From Rhina ancylostomus (taxonomy: Eukaryota): a stretch of DNA of 64,000 nucleotides. The DNA lies in assembly GCA_030265395.1 (NCBI GenBank), contig JARFYF010000074.1:87385893-87449892 (forward strand), written 5' to 3'. The notes below the pieces were generated by a model. That model had not been told where the DNA came from, did no database searches, and saw only the letters and a list, made by a program, of their open reading frames with translations. The position numbers were made by a program, and so were the translations under genes. The stretch's first letter is position 1. The number at the start of each line of letters is the position of its first letter. This document shows, piece after piece, positions 1 to 12,500 of the stretch.

Positions 1-1879
1 CCAGCATGGAATCCATGTGCTGGACAACAAGGCATTAATGGAGCCAAATGAGGGCCAGAACTCAGAACCATGACATGTTGTCCATGACAGAGGGGCTGCT
101 TATCAATTATGACATTTTTAACATGTTACTCTGTGAAACATTGTTTCAGAAAATGATGGTGCATCACTTTGTCAAATGGATTATTTTTATAAAAAAACTA
201 ATCAGAGGTGTTCATCTGCACAATCTATTAATTCTTGGGAATTCTGTTACATCACACAACATCAAAGTGGTTTATTATTTATAATCTACTTGAGTGGTGT
301 CGCTTGTACTATTTATGCAACAAGTGCCAGCACTAAATTTAGATAAAACAGAGGCGAGAGTATGTTACAAGACAAGTAACAGAGGGGTTCAGATTACATT
401 ATGAACCACAAGCTAAAATTGAAGAGATTTATCAACATAATCTGAATTTAAAATGGACTGTTTTTGAAAGAGTCTCTGCATACTTTTATCCAACAAAACT
501 TTATTGAGATTCAAGGAGATTCCTTGATCATTTGAGAGTCACACAATGATCATGAATAATCATACAATGATTATGCATTACCATTAGTAATGCCATTATT
601 TTTGCTTTGAAAAGCAAGCAAAAGGAAGAAAGAACACTCCACTTCTATGGTGTGATTCTCACAAATTGAGTAATTTGGCCAAAAGTGACCCAACAGAACA
701 TGAATTATGCCAGTCAATGCTTGCTATCGAGGTATGTTTCCTTTAGCCTACAACATAGTGGCAGCATTATTTGGCTTTCAGGGGACTAATAATAGACTTT
801 GCTGCCAAAAATCATCAGCCACCTTGCCACTATATCAAAAGAACTAAGGAGAGATTTAGTGTAACTCATACTTCCAGAAAAATTTCAATGGATCTCATAA
901 TAAGCATCCTCAACTATTCATTTCAATGATTGGACAGATCATATGTTTAGATAGAATCTCCAACATTATTATTGCACTATATAATTTAGCCTACAAAAAG
1001 ATCAAAGATGTTGGCAACAATCAACTCAATCAACCAAGATCATTAAACAAGATCTAATGGATCAATATTTTTACTTAAGTGACCCAAGTTTCCAAAATGT
1101 AATTAACATCTCCATATATTCCAATATCTTAGATAAATGAAATCTTTCCTCCAGTAAGCTCATTCTAAAATGAAAATTATTCATGCATTTTGCAATAAAA
1201 CAATTATAAAGGCACATCAGGAATTAGTCAACTATCTTTTATGAAACTAAACCACATTTTATACAGATCTATTCCATGTGTTTTGCTCATGTGCTTCCCT
1301 TTAGTCAAAACTTGCCATGTGTATCACCTTCATTACCAATGGAATTCCTGGAACACCCCAATGAGGAATTCAAAGTACATCCCTAGTGGCATGGATGCTC
1401 AGTGATGAAATGAAAACAAAGGAACCAATGCTGACCCTAAAAAGCTGAATTAATTGGATCTCAAAAACTTTTCAAGGTGCTCAGTCCTTCTACCCCACAC
1501 CACTAATCAAAACCCCTCCCCACCATCACCACCCTATCACCACCACTGGTATTTGACCCTGCTGATTCTATTCCATTAGGAAATTAAAAAATGCACTTCC
1601 TCTGACAAATTGGGCACCACCATCTTGCTTTCTACGGAAATGAAAAGCAAACTGCTTTATCTGGTAGCTAGTATGAAAGGTTTGTGTTGCATAGAAAAGC
1701 TTAATACTCCAACTATATTACAAGGCTTCCCTATATCTAAAATTATCTGGTGGTCTATTTGGTCACAGTGCTTGCACTAAAACTATCAAAAGTAGTTCCC
1801 AGGAAGAAATGGAATGGTAGGTACCTTTGTATCTGTAGAGGCTGGGCTATTGATCAGGAGTCATCAGTTCAAATCCCAC

Positions 1880-2225
1880 TATTTATTTCCCATCCTTAAT
1901 TGCCCTTGAGAAGATAGTGGTGAGTTCCTAAATTCTTTTATTGAACAAACTTCCACAGTGGCATTGCATAGGAAGTTCCACAATTTAGATCCAACAACAA
2001 TGAATTTAGTATATTTTTAAGTTGGGGGGGAGGTGATGGAGGGAAACCTGCAGTTGGCAGTGTTCCCATTTGCCTATACCCTTTGTCCGTCTTAATGGTA
2101 CAACATGTAGGTGTTGTATGAATAGCCTGGGCACATAACAGCTGTCAATTTTGTACATGGCACACTTGTAGCCACAGAGCGATAACATGGAGGAGAAACG
2201 AATTTCTACAGTGCTGAATGACATG
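1880..2225 (-). mobile_element. 3' fragment of a CR1/L2-group LINE (same family as 52060-53930)
   Basis: Diverged reverse-complement similarity to 53280-53930, e.g. tttcccatccttaattgcccttgagaagatagtggtgag. Confidence 0.55.
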
Positions 2226-2659
2226 TCATAGACTAAATTTTTGCAGTATTTGCCAATGGCAGCTGTATAGAGATTGTTGTGATGGTGTTAACTTAGTCTA
2301 TTTTCCCATTATTTGTACTCCAAAATGGGTAAAAAAAAAGTTGTTCAATCAGGAGTAAATGAGTTTTTGAATAGGAAGTGCTAAGTCCTACTGAACAAAT
2401 GTGAGAAAAAATATTGCTGCAGATATTCCTTAAAAATAAAAAAATGATCTTTTTGTTCTGCTTTATCTTTTCTTGTCTTGCCTTCAATTTCAGTCTGTAT
2501 TTTGTTTACTTTAAAATAATTTAAATGTAATTTATATTAATAGTATGTGGTAACAGAGAATAGTTGAGAGCATTAGATAGAGCAAAGGTTACAGAGTCAA
2601 AAGTGCTGTTATTATCATGCTATGTTATTGCATTTATCTTTTAATAACACAGAGTTTAT

Positions 2660-3155
2660 TTCCTCTTTATGGACAATTTGTATGGTTCTGAGCGTGCCCG
2701 ATATCTCAGGCATAGCCATAAAGAGTGCAACCATAAATTTACTTTTTCTAGATCAAAGGTCTTGCTTTGAGAACTTGCCTGGTCCCAAGCTATGCCTGTA
2801 TCCTGTGGGATATGTTGAACAGTCCTTGTTTCAGTTCTATTCTGACCCATTTCCCCTTTGGCACATTGATAGTTGTACTCATACAGAACTGGAAATTTTC
2901 ATTACTGCCAATTTCTATCCTGCTTTCACTTTTACATGGTACATATTATTCTCTTCACTTCCCTTTTTTGACCTCTCAGGGGATAGGCCTGTGACTAATA
3001 TGCATTATAAGCCCACCAGCTACCACAGCTACCTTGACAACAGTTTCTCCTACCCTGCTTCCTGTAAGGACTCCATTCCATTCTCCCAGCTTATTTATCT
3101 GGGTCATATTAGTTCTGATGATGTGACTTTCCACAACAATGCCTCTGAAATGTTG
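2660..3155 (+). mobile_element. Decayed Penelope-like element, RT C-terminal region
   Basis: ORF 2622..3182 contains TNMHYKPTSYHSYLDNSFSYPASCKDSIPFSQL, resembling the Penelope YKPTDSHSYL..S.HP..CK..IPFSQ motif. It resumes at about 4276-4510. Confidence 0.75.
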
Positions 3156-4275
3156 ACACAAGAGGGACTTCAGGTGCTGTAAATCTGGACCAACACACAC
3201 AAAATGCTGGAGGAACTCAACAGGTCAGGCAGCATCAATGGAGGGAAATGAACAGTCGACGTTTTGGGCTGAGACCCTTCATCAGGACTGGAAAGAAAGA
3301 GGGCAGAAGCCGAATAAAAGGGTGGGGGGANNNNNNNNNNNNNNNNNNNNNNNNNNNNNNNNNNNNNNNNNNNNNNNNNNNNNNNNNNNNNNNNNNNNNN
3401 NNNNNNNNNNNNNNNNNNNNNNNNNNNNNNNNNNNNNNNNNNNNNNNNNNNNNNNNNNNNNNNNNNNNNNNNNNNNNNNNNNNNNNNNNNNNNNNNNNNN
3501 NNNNNNNNNNNNNNNNNNNNNNNNNNNNNNNNNNNNNNNNNNNNNNNNNNNNNNNNNNNNNNNNNNNNNNNNNNNNNNNNNNNNNNNNNNNNNNNNNNNN
3601 NNNNNNNNNNNNNNNNNNNNNNNNNNNNNNNNNNNNNNNNNNNNNNNNNNNNNNNNNNNNNNNNNNNNNNNNNNNNNNNNNNNNNNNNNNNNNNNNNNNN
3701 NNNNNNNNNNNNNNNNNNNNNNNNNNNNNNNNNNNNNNNNNNNNNNNNNNNNNNNNNNNNNNNNNNNNNNNNNNNNNNNNNNNNNNNNNNNNNNNNNNNN
3801 NNNNNNNNNNNNNNNNNNNNNNNNNNNNNNNNNNNNNNNNNNNNNNNNNNNNNNNNNNNNNNNNNNNNNNNNNNNNNNNNNNNNNNNNNNNNNNNNNNNN
3901 NNNNNNNNNNNNNNNNNNNNNNNNNNNNNNNNNNNNNNNNNNNNNNNNNNNNNNNNNNNNNNNNNNNNNNNNNNNNNNNNNNNNNNNNNNNNNNNNNNNN
4001 NNNNNNNNNNNNNNNNNNNNNNNNNNNNACTGCCTGGAGGGGATCAACAGGGAGGGATGAGCAGGCAAGGGAGTCATGGATAACGCAATCCCTGTAGAAA
4101 GCGGAGGGGGAGGGGAGGGGAAAATGTGCCTGGCGGTGGGATCCAATTGGAGATGGCAGCAGTTGCAGAGAATGATATGTTGAATGTGGAGGCTCGTGGA
4201 GTAGTAGGTGAGAACACGGGGAACTTTATCCCTGTTATGTCAAGGGGGGAATGAGGTGAGGGCAGATGTGCAGGA
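3156..4275 (-). mobile_element. Younger Penelope-like element (terminus plus body, spanning an N gap) inserted antisense into the older one
   Basis: Typical terminus (aaaatgctggaggaactcaacaggtcaggcagcatc) at 3200-3240. The minus-strand peptide DPTARHIFPSPPPPLS follows the gap. Confidence 0.7.
3253..3290 (-). ncRNA. Minimal type I hammerhead ribozyme motif (G12>A mutated) in the Penelope terminus
   Basis: Minus strand reads CAGUC-CUGAUGA-A-GGG ucucag CCC-AAAA-C-GUC-GACUG: stem I CAGUC/GACUG, CUGAUGA box, stem II GGG/CCC, (G>A)AAA box and GUC cleavage triplet. Confidence 0.7.
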
Positions 4276-5459
4276 GTGTTTCCATAATCATTGCACCCCT
4301 TCTATTATAGTTGAAGGGCTCTCAAATGCATCTCTATTTCCCACACTTCTACTCTCAGCCCTTCTGTCCCTGTAAATCTGCTTCCCAGCTTCCACCCTAC
4401 CACCCTCCATATTCAACAGATTAGCTTTTGTAATTTCTGCCACCTTCAATGAGATTATACACTCAACATATTTTATCCTCCAATCCTCATTCAGCATTCT
4501 GAAGGGCACATTGTCATTAATACATCTGCCATGGTGTAAATCACGTGGAATTACCGACTATTTCATGGAAGTTTGTTATTCAGCAAATCCAGTGTGTCAG
4601 AACTTAAGAGGATTTTCATGCAGCTGCCTTTTAACTTTGTGGTGAGTGGCTTTGCGTTGGACTAGAGCCCCAGGAGATGGAGGCAGGTAAGAGTTTTGGC
4701 TTCCTTACCTGAAGGGCATTGATAAACCAATTGAGTTTTTAATGAGAAATGGCAACTTTCATGATCACTTTTTCCAGGTTCCAGTTCTTAAATGACAGTA
4801 GTTATTCAATCCCACTAGTAACCTGCCAATTTATAATAATGAACACATGATCCCTGGGTGACTGGTCCACTAAGAATAATTATACACTGACATTCACTCT
4901 TAAGGAATCACACTTCAAAATAAAAGGCAAGGGTTTAATTGGTAGCAGACAAGTAGACAATGGCACTACAGTGATAAGAGGCCATTGCAATGTTCTTTAA
5001 TTTCTTGATGTTAGAACCAATACTGTAAGACTTTATAAAATATGGATGTGGAAGATAGCCATTCTCCAGCATAAATACAAACACCAGATGTATGGAATTA
5101 TGCCGTCAAATGAACTAATGCCATCATCCAAATCCTTTCATCCTGGACTGGAGGCAGACTCTATTTTACTAGTATGAAAGATGTGGCAAAGGTGAATTTA
5201 CTCCTCATTTTTGAAGATGTTTCTGGCAAAAGCGAGAAAAAATAGTGTAACCTTAAATCAAATGAAATATTGTACACAACTGTTGCCTTTTAGTACACAA
5301 ATTTTCATTCTTTTTGAAGGTGCTAACATCAGATATTCTTTAGGCTTCCTACAGGGAATCATAAACTTACATTATATTCTTTATGGATTATATGCATGCA
5401 CAACATCTGATACTCAGACTATATTCAGTGTCTATGATAAAATAATGTAGAATATGAAG

Positions 5460-5745
5460 CATCTTTCAGATGAGATGTTAAATCAAAGTAACCTGCTTTC
5501 TCAGGTAGATGCAATAGATTCCATAGCACTAGTCTTAGACAGCAATCTCCATTGACTAGGCCAATGTTTATCCCTCAGTCAAGGTTCCTTATCTAGTCTT
5601 TATACGATTTCTACATATGGAAACTGTTAGCATCTTGGCTGCAAATTTCTGACATAGGAATTGTCACTTCAAAAAATGCTCCATTGGCTACAAAGTGCTT
5701 TGAAATGAAATAGAAACAAGCAAATGATTTACAAGTGCAAAACTT
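5460..5745 (+). mobile_element. Degenerate Deu-domain SINE (SacSINE1/AmnSINE-like)
   Basis: atctttcagatgagatgttaaatc...ggccaatgtttatccctca...cacttcaaaa...cattggctacaaagtgctttg resembles the recalled DeuSINE consensus and the copies at 21520 and 35040. Confidence 0.6.
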
Positions 5746-7096
5746 TTTGATGCAACAAAGTATCTTCCTATTGTGGAAAAGGGACACTTTCGCCTAGAAA
5801 TTCATCTTGGGTGTTGACTTTCATTGACAATACTGGAATGAATCTTTGAGGCAGAGTACAACATGCTGACATGACTGTATAGTATATTTAATGTTACTGA
5901 GTGAGAATTAATTTCTAAGCAATGTCTTCACATATAAAAAAACAAAACTGCTGCAGATACTCAACAGTTCATTCAGCACCTTTGTGAGAAATAAGTTGGT
6001 GACCATTTTGTTAAAAGGCCACTGACCTGAAATAACACTGTTCACAGCCAATGTCTCCTTTCTGCATAAATTGTTTTCTATAACAACCATAACTTTTAGC
6101 ACTTACTTGATATACTACCCATTGCTGATTGCATGAACTGTAGATATATCGCTGGAACAATTGTTCATAGTTTTAATGTATCTCTCATACCTCAAGGTTC
6201 TATAAACCAATTATTGCAGACCAGTTGCTGTGACTGAAGATAAGCTGCTAACTATGTCTTGGATTATCCTGTTTTTTAAAATATTTCACTCTTTTAGGTC
6301 AACTCCCAAATATTTTCTACAGGAAGGAGATAAAAGTAAATTCTTATCACCTCTCTGTAAGTAGAAGTGCACAACCAGTTTCCAAAAAGTCCAAGAAAGG
6401 CTCAGAGGGATGATTCAATAACCATCCATGTAGAAAAGTGCCTCTTATCCAGTTAAAAATTCCTTATGTTTGTTCAGTTGAAATCAAGGACTCAAAACAA
6501 TGGAGAGCAGTGGCCACAAGGCCGCATAATCACTCCATGTCGCAATTTGTGTATGATACTGTAATTTTGCTTGAAACAAGCAAAAATTTGTTTGCCTGAT
6601 TTTTGCAAACATGCGTTTGAACAATGAGATACTTTTGAAACAGATCATATAAGTGCAATTGGAATTGTTCTGAATATAACAGTCCCAGAACATGCCTATA
6701 AATTAAGTCTAACATAAATAATTTAAATGCAGTGGGCAGCAGGGGACAACTTGTTAAAATAATCATATAAAATATCAAGATGATTCAGTGATAAGAAATT
6801 AAAATAATGATACTGTCACTTCCCCAGCTTTGATTACGGAAGTCCCTTGCACTCTCAAGATCCCACAACAAGGCAAATTGAAAACAACTTGCAGATGTGT
6901 TAATGTCACATGAATAGTTTGGAACAGAAATGCTTGGTGCAAGATTTGTGGCAAGCATTTGCTTGTTTAAAATTCATTGGCACTGGATTACTTAGTACAC
7001 AACTTCACAAACCATTTAATTGCAAATCAATGGTGTATTACCAGACCTGGCCTGCATCTTTCTTCGAGACCTGCAAATTACATATTACGTTTCCTT

Positions 7097-7370
7097 ACAA
7101 CATAGAAAGAGGCCATTCAGCCCATCAAATACATGTTACCTCACTTTTTCCATGTAACCTATTCTCCCCATGTACCTGATTCTCCTACTACTCATTTACA
7201 CTATGGTCAATTTCTAGGAGGCAATTAACCTATCAACCTGCATGTCATTGGGAGGTAGGAGAAAACTGGAGCACCTGGGGGAACCCATGTGGTCACAGGG
7301 AGAATATGCAAACTCTATATAGACAGGAGGTCAGAAGCAAACCTGGTCACTGGAGCTGTAATGCAGCAGC
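7097..7370 (-). mobile_element. tRNA-derived V-SINE (HE1-like)
   Basis: Reverse complement of the V-domain (ggagaaaactggagcacctgggggaacccatgtggtcacagggagaatatgcaaact) plus the CR1-type 3' tail (ggccattcagcccatc). Confidence 0.7.
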
Positions 7371-7739
7371 AAAATGTTCATTAGGTACTCCTTAAAGCAA
7401 CATATGAGAATTGTGGAGCTATCAGCAAGCTCCATTAAGTTTCACTGATTTTCTTTCTTACATAATAATATTGCAGTTAAGTAATGAATGACAAGGAGCT
7501 AACCAGGGACGGAAAAAGAGAAATGTACTTTTAACAGACCCAACTCAAGTGAATAAGCATCCCAAACAATTCATTTTTATATTGGCACTGAGATCTGAAG
7601 TACACTTCAGGTATTCCAAACAGATTATGGGGACATCCTTTAATTAATAAATAGTTGGGGTTTAACTACTTGAACAAGGGAGAAGGCTCCAGATGAAGCA
7701 TTGATTTACTTTTAATGAAGTAAAATCTATTTGATAGTC

Positions 7740-8560
7740 ATGATGTGGCCTTCTCTATGTCAGGGAAACCAAACTGAAACTATTTTGAAAATTGCCTCAA
7801 GGGTGACCCTGAGTTTGCAGTTGCCTTTCACTTGAATTCTCCAATCTGACCTCTTTGCCCTCTTACACAGTTCCAATGAAATTCTATGTAATCTCAAGGA
7901 ACTGCAGTTAAACTTCCAATGTGATACATTACAGACTTAACACTGAATTCAACAATTTCAGATAATCAGCCATTCCAGTTTTGTATCTCACGTTTCCAGC
8001 ATTCATTCTCTTTTCTCTCTCTCCTCTGTTATGATATTTTGGATTTCATTCTTCTCTCAATTACATCTCCTCCAGACACTTCTGTTGTTTTATACTAGCC
8101 TTCACCGTCTTCTTTCAGCTGGCATCTCCACTCCTGGTGTTACTTCATCTCAATTGATCACCTGACTGCTATTCTTCCCCTCTTCTTCCCTCTACCTCTC
8201 CCCCTTCCTCTGCAACTTTTAACTTTTCCCAGTCCTGATAAATAATCATCTACCTGAATATGAAACTCGCTGCCATTGGGAGTGGTTGAAGTGAATAGTA
8301 CAGATAGAAGGAGAGGCTGGACAAACAATTGAGGAAGAAGGGAGTACTGGGTCATAATGATGGATATTTAGATGGAAATATAGAAGGAGGTTTAAAGGAG
8401 GCATAAGTGTCAGTTTGGACTGTTTGGGTCAAATGGCCTGTTTCTGTCGTATATCCAATATAATGCCATCTACAGTGTTAACTATTTATCTCCCACTGAT
8501 GCTGCGTAACCTCCTGCGCCTTTCCGGCATTTTCTGTTTCTATTTCAAATTTCTGGCAAA
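7740..8560 (+). mobile_element. Decayed Penelope-like 3' part and terminus, interrupted by a short CR1 3' fragment (~8270-8460)
   Basis: GIY-YIG-region remnants, a pyrimidine-rich stretch, decayed cagtcctgata..tacctgaa, then the terminus ctgatgctgcgtaacctcctgcgcctttccggcattttctg. Confidence 0.5.
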
Positions 8561-9250
8561 TTTCTCAGTCATGTTGTGATACACATTGGGCACTGACCAC
8601 TTAGAAAGTCCCAGACAGCAGTACAATAAAATGGGGGACCATCACCATATGTGCAGATGAACCTGGGTGCCAAAGATTATGGGTCAAATTTTAATGCAGT
8701 TACATGTGAAAGCTTTTCACATTATCAGTGCATAATCTGTAAAAAACATCTCAATGTCTGTAATACTTTAATGCTAGAATTTTTGTTTTATATCCAGTTA
8801 ATAATGTTCTCAAACTATTTTTAAATGAGGCATGATTGAAATAGGTATATTAAAAAAGTGAAAGTCAGCGTCTTCAAAGCATCAAGGAACTGTTCTGTAT
8901 GAAATCTCAATTTAAAACAATGGACTGAGAAAATACTTTGATGTGGATGGTGGAATCATTTAGGGTTTTGACCCTCTTAAAGAAGAATAAATAAGTAAAA
9001 ACATTTTAATGGAAAATTAAATGAACCCAATGCAAAACATGTGATCAGGACTGCAGAATTTACCTTCACTTATATAATTTCACATAAAGAGTATTTTTTA
9101 TTCTAACAAAATGCATGTGCAAACCTGGTCCAGAAATAGCAACTTCTGATATTCTATAGCATTACAGTATTATTCTCTGAGCAGATTTAAAATGTTCATT
9201 ATAGTGTTGAGTTTACACAGCAGTTTAATGTATTTTCCAGTGAACCCATT

Positions 9251-9480
9251 AAGTTGAAAGGAAGAGTGGGAAAGTGGGCCCTGATAGTTTAAAGAAAGCA
9301 TGGGAAACAGGGCCTTGGTAAGTTTAAAGGGGTGTGCAAAACAGGGAATCAGTGCGTATAAAGGAAGCTTGAGGAAAGGGCCCCAAATGATTTTAAATTG
9401 GGACAGGAATTGGGGCACTGGTATTTAAAAGGAATGCCAGAAATAGGGCCCTCGTGCATTTGAAGAAGCTCAGGAAAAAT
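9251..9480 (+). repeat. Degenerate ~34-35 bp minisatellite, ~7 units (approx. agtttaaaggaagcatgggaaacagggccctggt)
   Basis: Unit starts at about 9252, 9286, 9321, 9355, 9390, 9423 and 9457. Confidence 0.7.
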
Positions 9481-9794
9481 CAACCAGTGATTCAAATGCT
9501 TAACTACTGAGATTTGACCAATGTGACAGTGAATTATCATAGTTTTGTGGTAGCAGAAATCCTGTCCTAGGCTTGGAAATTTGGGCACATGGCAGTTACA
9601 AGTTAATAGTTCTTGAGGCACTCCTGATTTTGAATCTTGAACCTGTTTTCCATTGAGCCACTGAGCTGCAGAGAATAACAAGGCCCAGATTCTGAACATC
9701 CTTTCAGTGAGTGAAAGTGACTAAGAATGCTATGTTACTTTGTACACTGTTCCTGGAAAACTCCAATAAGAAGACAACTCAACAACTGAAAGAA

Positions 9795-11391
9795 TTGCTT
9801 GGGAAGCTGAAAGGTCTGAAAGTGGATAAGTCACTTGGACTGAATGGACTGCACTCCAGGGTTCTGAAAGAGGTGGCTGAAGAGATTGTGGAGGCATTAG
9901 TAGTGATCTTTCAAGAATCACTATAGTCAGGAATGGTTCCAGAGGATGGGTAAGTCACAAATGTCACTCCACTCTTTAAGAAGGGAGGGAGGCAAAAAAC
10001 AGGAAATTATAGACAAGTTAGCCTGACTTCAGTGGTTGGTAAAATTTTAGAGTCCATTATTAAGGATGAGGTTTTGGGGTACTTGGAAGCACATGATAAA
10101 ATAGGCCAAAGTCAGCATGGCTTCCTAGAGGGGAGATCTTGCCTGACAAATCTGTTGGAATTCTTTGAGGAAGTAACAGACAGGATAAACAAAGGAAAGT
10201 CAATGGATGTTGTTTACTTGTATTTTCAGAAGGCCTTTGACAAGGTGCCGCACATGAGGCTGCAAGATAGAAGCCCATGGTATTACAGGAAAGGTACCAG
10301 CATGGATCGAAGGCAAAGAGTGGGAATAAAGGGGGCCTTTACTGCTTGGCTGCAGATGACTAGTGGTGTTCCGCAGGGGTCAGTGTTGGGTCCGCTACTT
10401 CTCGCGTTATATGTTAATGATCTGGTTGATGGAATTGATAGCTTTGTGGCCAAGTTTGCTAATTATACAAAAATAGGTGAGAGGCGAGTAGTGTTTAGGA
10501 AACAGGGAGTCTGCAGAAGGACTTGGACAGGTTGGGAGATCAGGCAAAGACGTGGCAGATGGAATACAGCATAGGGAAGTGTATGGTCATGCACTCAGTA
10601 GAAGGAATAAAGGTGTAGTCTATTTTCTAAATGGAGAGAGAATTCAGAAATTGGAGGTGCAAAGGGACTTGGGAGTCCTAGTGCAGGATTCCCTAAAGGT
10701 TAACATGCGGGTGAAGTTAGTAGTAAGGAAGGCAAATGCAATGTTAGCATTCACTATGAGAGGACTAGAATATAAAAACAAGGATGCGATGCTGAGGCTT
10801 TATAAGGAGTTGGTCAGGCCACATTTGGAGTGTTGTAGGCAGCTTTGAACCCCATATCTAAGGAAGGATGTGCTGGCATTGGAGGGGGTCCAAAAGGTTT
10901 ACGAGAACGATTCCAGGGATGAAAGGGTTAATGTATGAAGAGTGTTTGATAGCTCCAGGCTTGTANNNNNNNNNNNNNNNNNNNNNNNNNNNNNNNNNNN
11001 NNNNNNNNNNNNNNNNNNNNNNNNNNNNNNNNNNNNNNNNNNNNNNNNNNNNNNNNNNNNNNNNNNNNNNNNNNNNNNNNNNCTAGGACCAGAGGGCACA
11101 GCCTCAGAATAAAAGGATGTCCCTTTAGAACAGAGATGAGGAGGAATTTCTTTAGCCAGGGGGTGGTGGATCTGAGGAGTTCATTGCCATGGAATGCAAT
11201 AGAGGCCAAGTCACTGTGTATATTAAAAGCAGAGGTTGATAAGTTCTTGATTAGTAAGGGTGTCAAAGGTTACAGGGAAAGGGCTGGAGAATGGGGTTGA
11301 GAGGTAAAAATAAATCAGCCAGGATTGAATGGGGGAGCAGAATCCATGGGCTGAATGGCCTAATTCTGCTCCTATGTCTTATGGTCTTATG
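9795..11391 (+). mobile_element. 5'-truncated CR1 LINE (HER1-like) with RT pseudogene and 3' tail
   Basis: ORFs encode SQHGFLEGRSCLTNLLEFFEEVT, FQKAFDKVPH, SGVPQGSVLGPLL and RDLGVLV with frameshifts. It ends in a (tatggtct)-type tail. Confidence 0.92.
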
Positions 11392-12034
11392 AAAGCAGCT
11401 TGGAGCTGGCTCCAGCCAGCTTCTTCATGGATTACATTGCAATTGTTTCAAGAAGGTTAAATGGTTCATAACTGATCATGTGTTTAGTGAAAGGATACAG
11501 ATGGTTGAATTGCAAACAACGATGAGTCTCCTGACCTTTAAGTTTTAAGCAGACAATTCTAAACAATAGGCATTGTAGCAGGGCCTGATTATGTGCTCAT
11601 TTGATGTTTATGACCCACTAAGTAGAAATCAGGATTGGGAGGTCTTGTTGAATTTCCCAGACTGAAATTAATGAGGATAATTGTCAAGATCCATCTGCTG
11701 CCTTGAACATGATGAGCTCATTTAGCATAGAGACAAGTTCTTCAGTGGAGATAATGATCTAGTGAGCCATCAGGGTATCTAAATGTTTACAGGTTTTCTA
11801 CTGTTGTCCTGGCACAACTGGTGCAATATTAATGGAACTTGAAAGGGGACAATGCAACTTGTTTGCTGGAATTACAGCGGTTAAATTAGAGACTTGATTT
11901 CAAATTATTGTAGACTAAAATTCGTATTAGCATGTTATTTTAATAGGAATTTGACATATGTTTTCCCTTTACATATATTTATAAGAGTAGGGAAATAAAT
12001 AGGCTTTGCTTGCAACAATCCACCTGAACAAAGT

Positions 12035-12213
12035 GCAGTAATAATCTAATAATCCAGTACCCTCGGAATTTTGGTTCTACCATCTAGCAGATTTTCTGAA
12101 TTATTGGTTACTCCAATTAGTATCAGAACACGCTTTTATTTCACTTTTTTTTTACGTTTCATGGCAGTATGATCAATTTTCCAGTAAAATCGGTGAGTTT
12201 AAAGGAAGTGGGA

Positions 12214-12248
<35 letters not shown>

Positions 12249-12500
12249 CGCATCCCAGCTCCGGCTGCAAACCTACTCACGACCCTGACCCTTTAGTGTT
12301 CCAGATCCCAGCCCCAATCTGACCACACGCCTGGTCCACAAACTTAACCCCAGCCCTAGCTGCACTCCCGACCCCCAGCTTTGGCCATATATCCCACTTG
12401 AATTCTGAATCCCTGGCTCACATTCCTGACTAATAACTGAGCCAGATGCTGAACCATCAGAATTTCCAAATAATCAGATGCCAGATTGTTGGCAGTTTAG
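12035..12500. mobile_element. Degenerate MITE-like element (Tc1/mariner-pogo type ends) with internal (AT)n and C-rich short repeats
   Basis: Imperfect inverted ends cagtaataatctaataatccagtac ... gatgccagattgttggcagtttagt. It carries one unit of the 9251 minisatellite at about 12196-12216. Confidence 0.4.
12217..12245. repeat. (AT)n microsatellite
   Basis: Direct reading. Confidence 0.95.

Noticed and set aside
540-1140. A-rich stretch with a coding-like feel, possibly an ancient transposase relic
   Set aside because: No open frame or motif I could assign; would need blastx or an HMM search.
3235-4146. Long ORFs in the track containing X runs (also near 23.7k, 26.7k and 59.1k)
   Set aside because: They are open only because they run through N gaps.
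9251-9480. CRISPR-like periodicity
   Set aside because: Contiguous degenerate units without unique spacers, no cas genes, vertebrate context.
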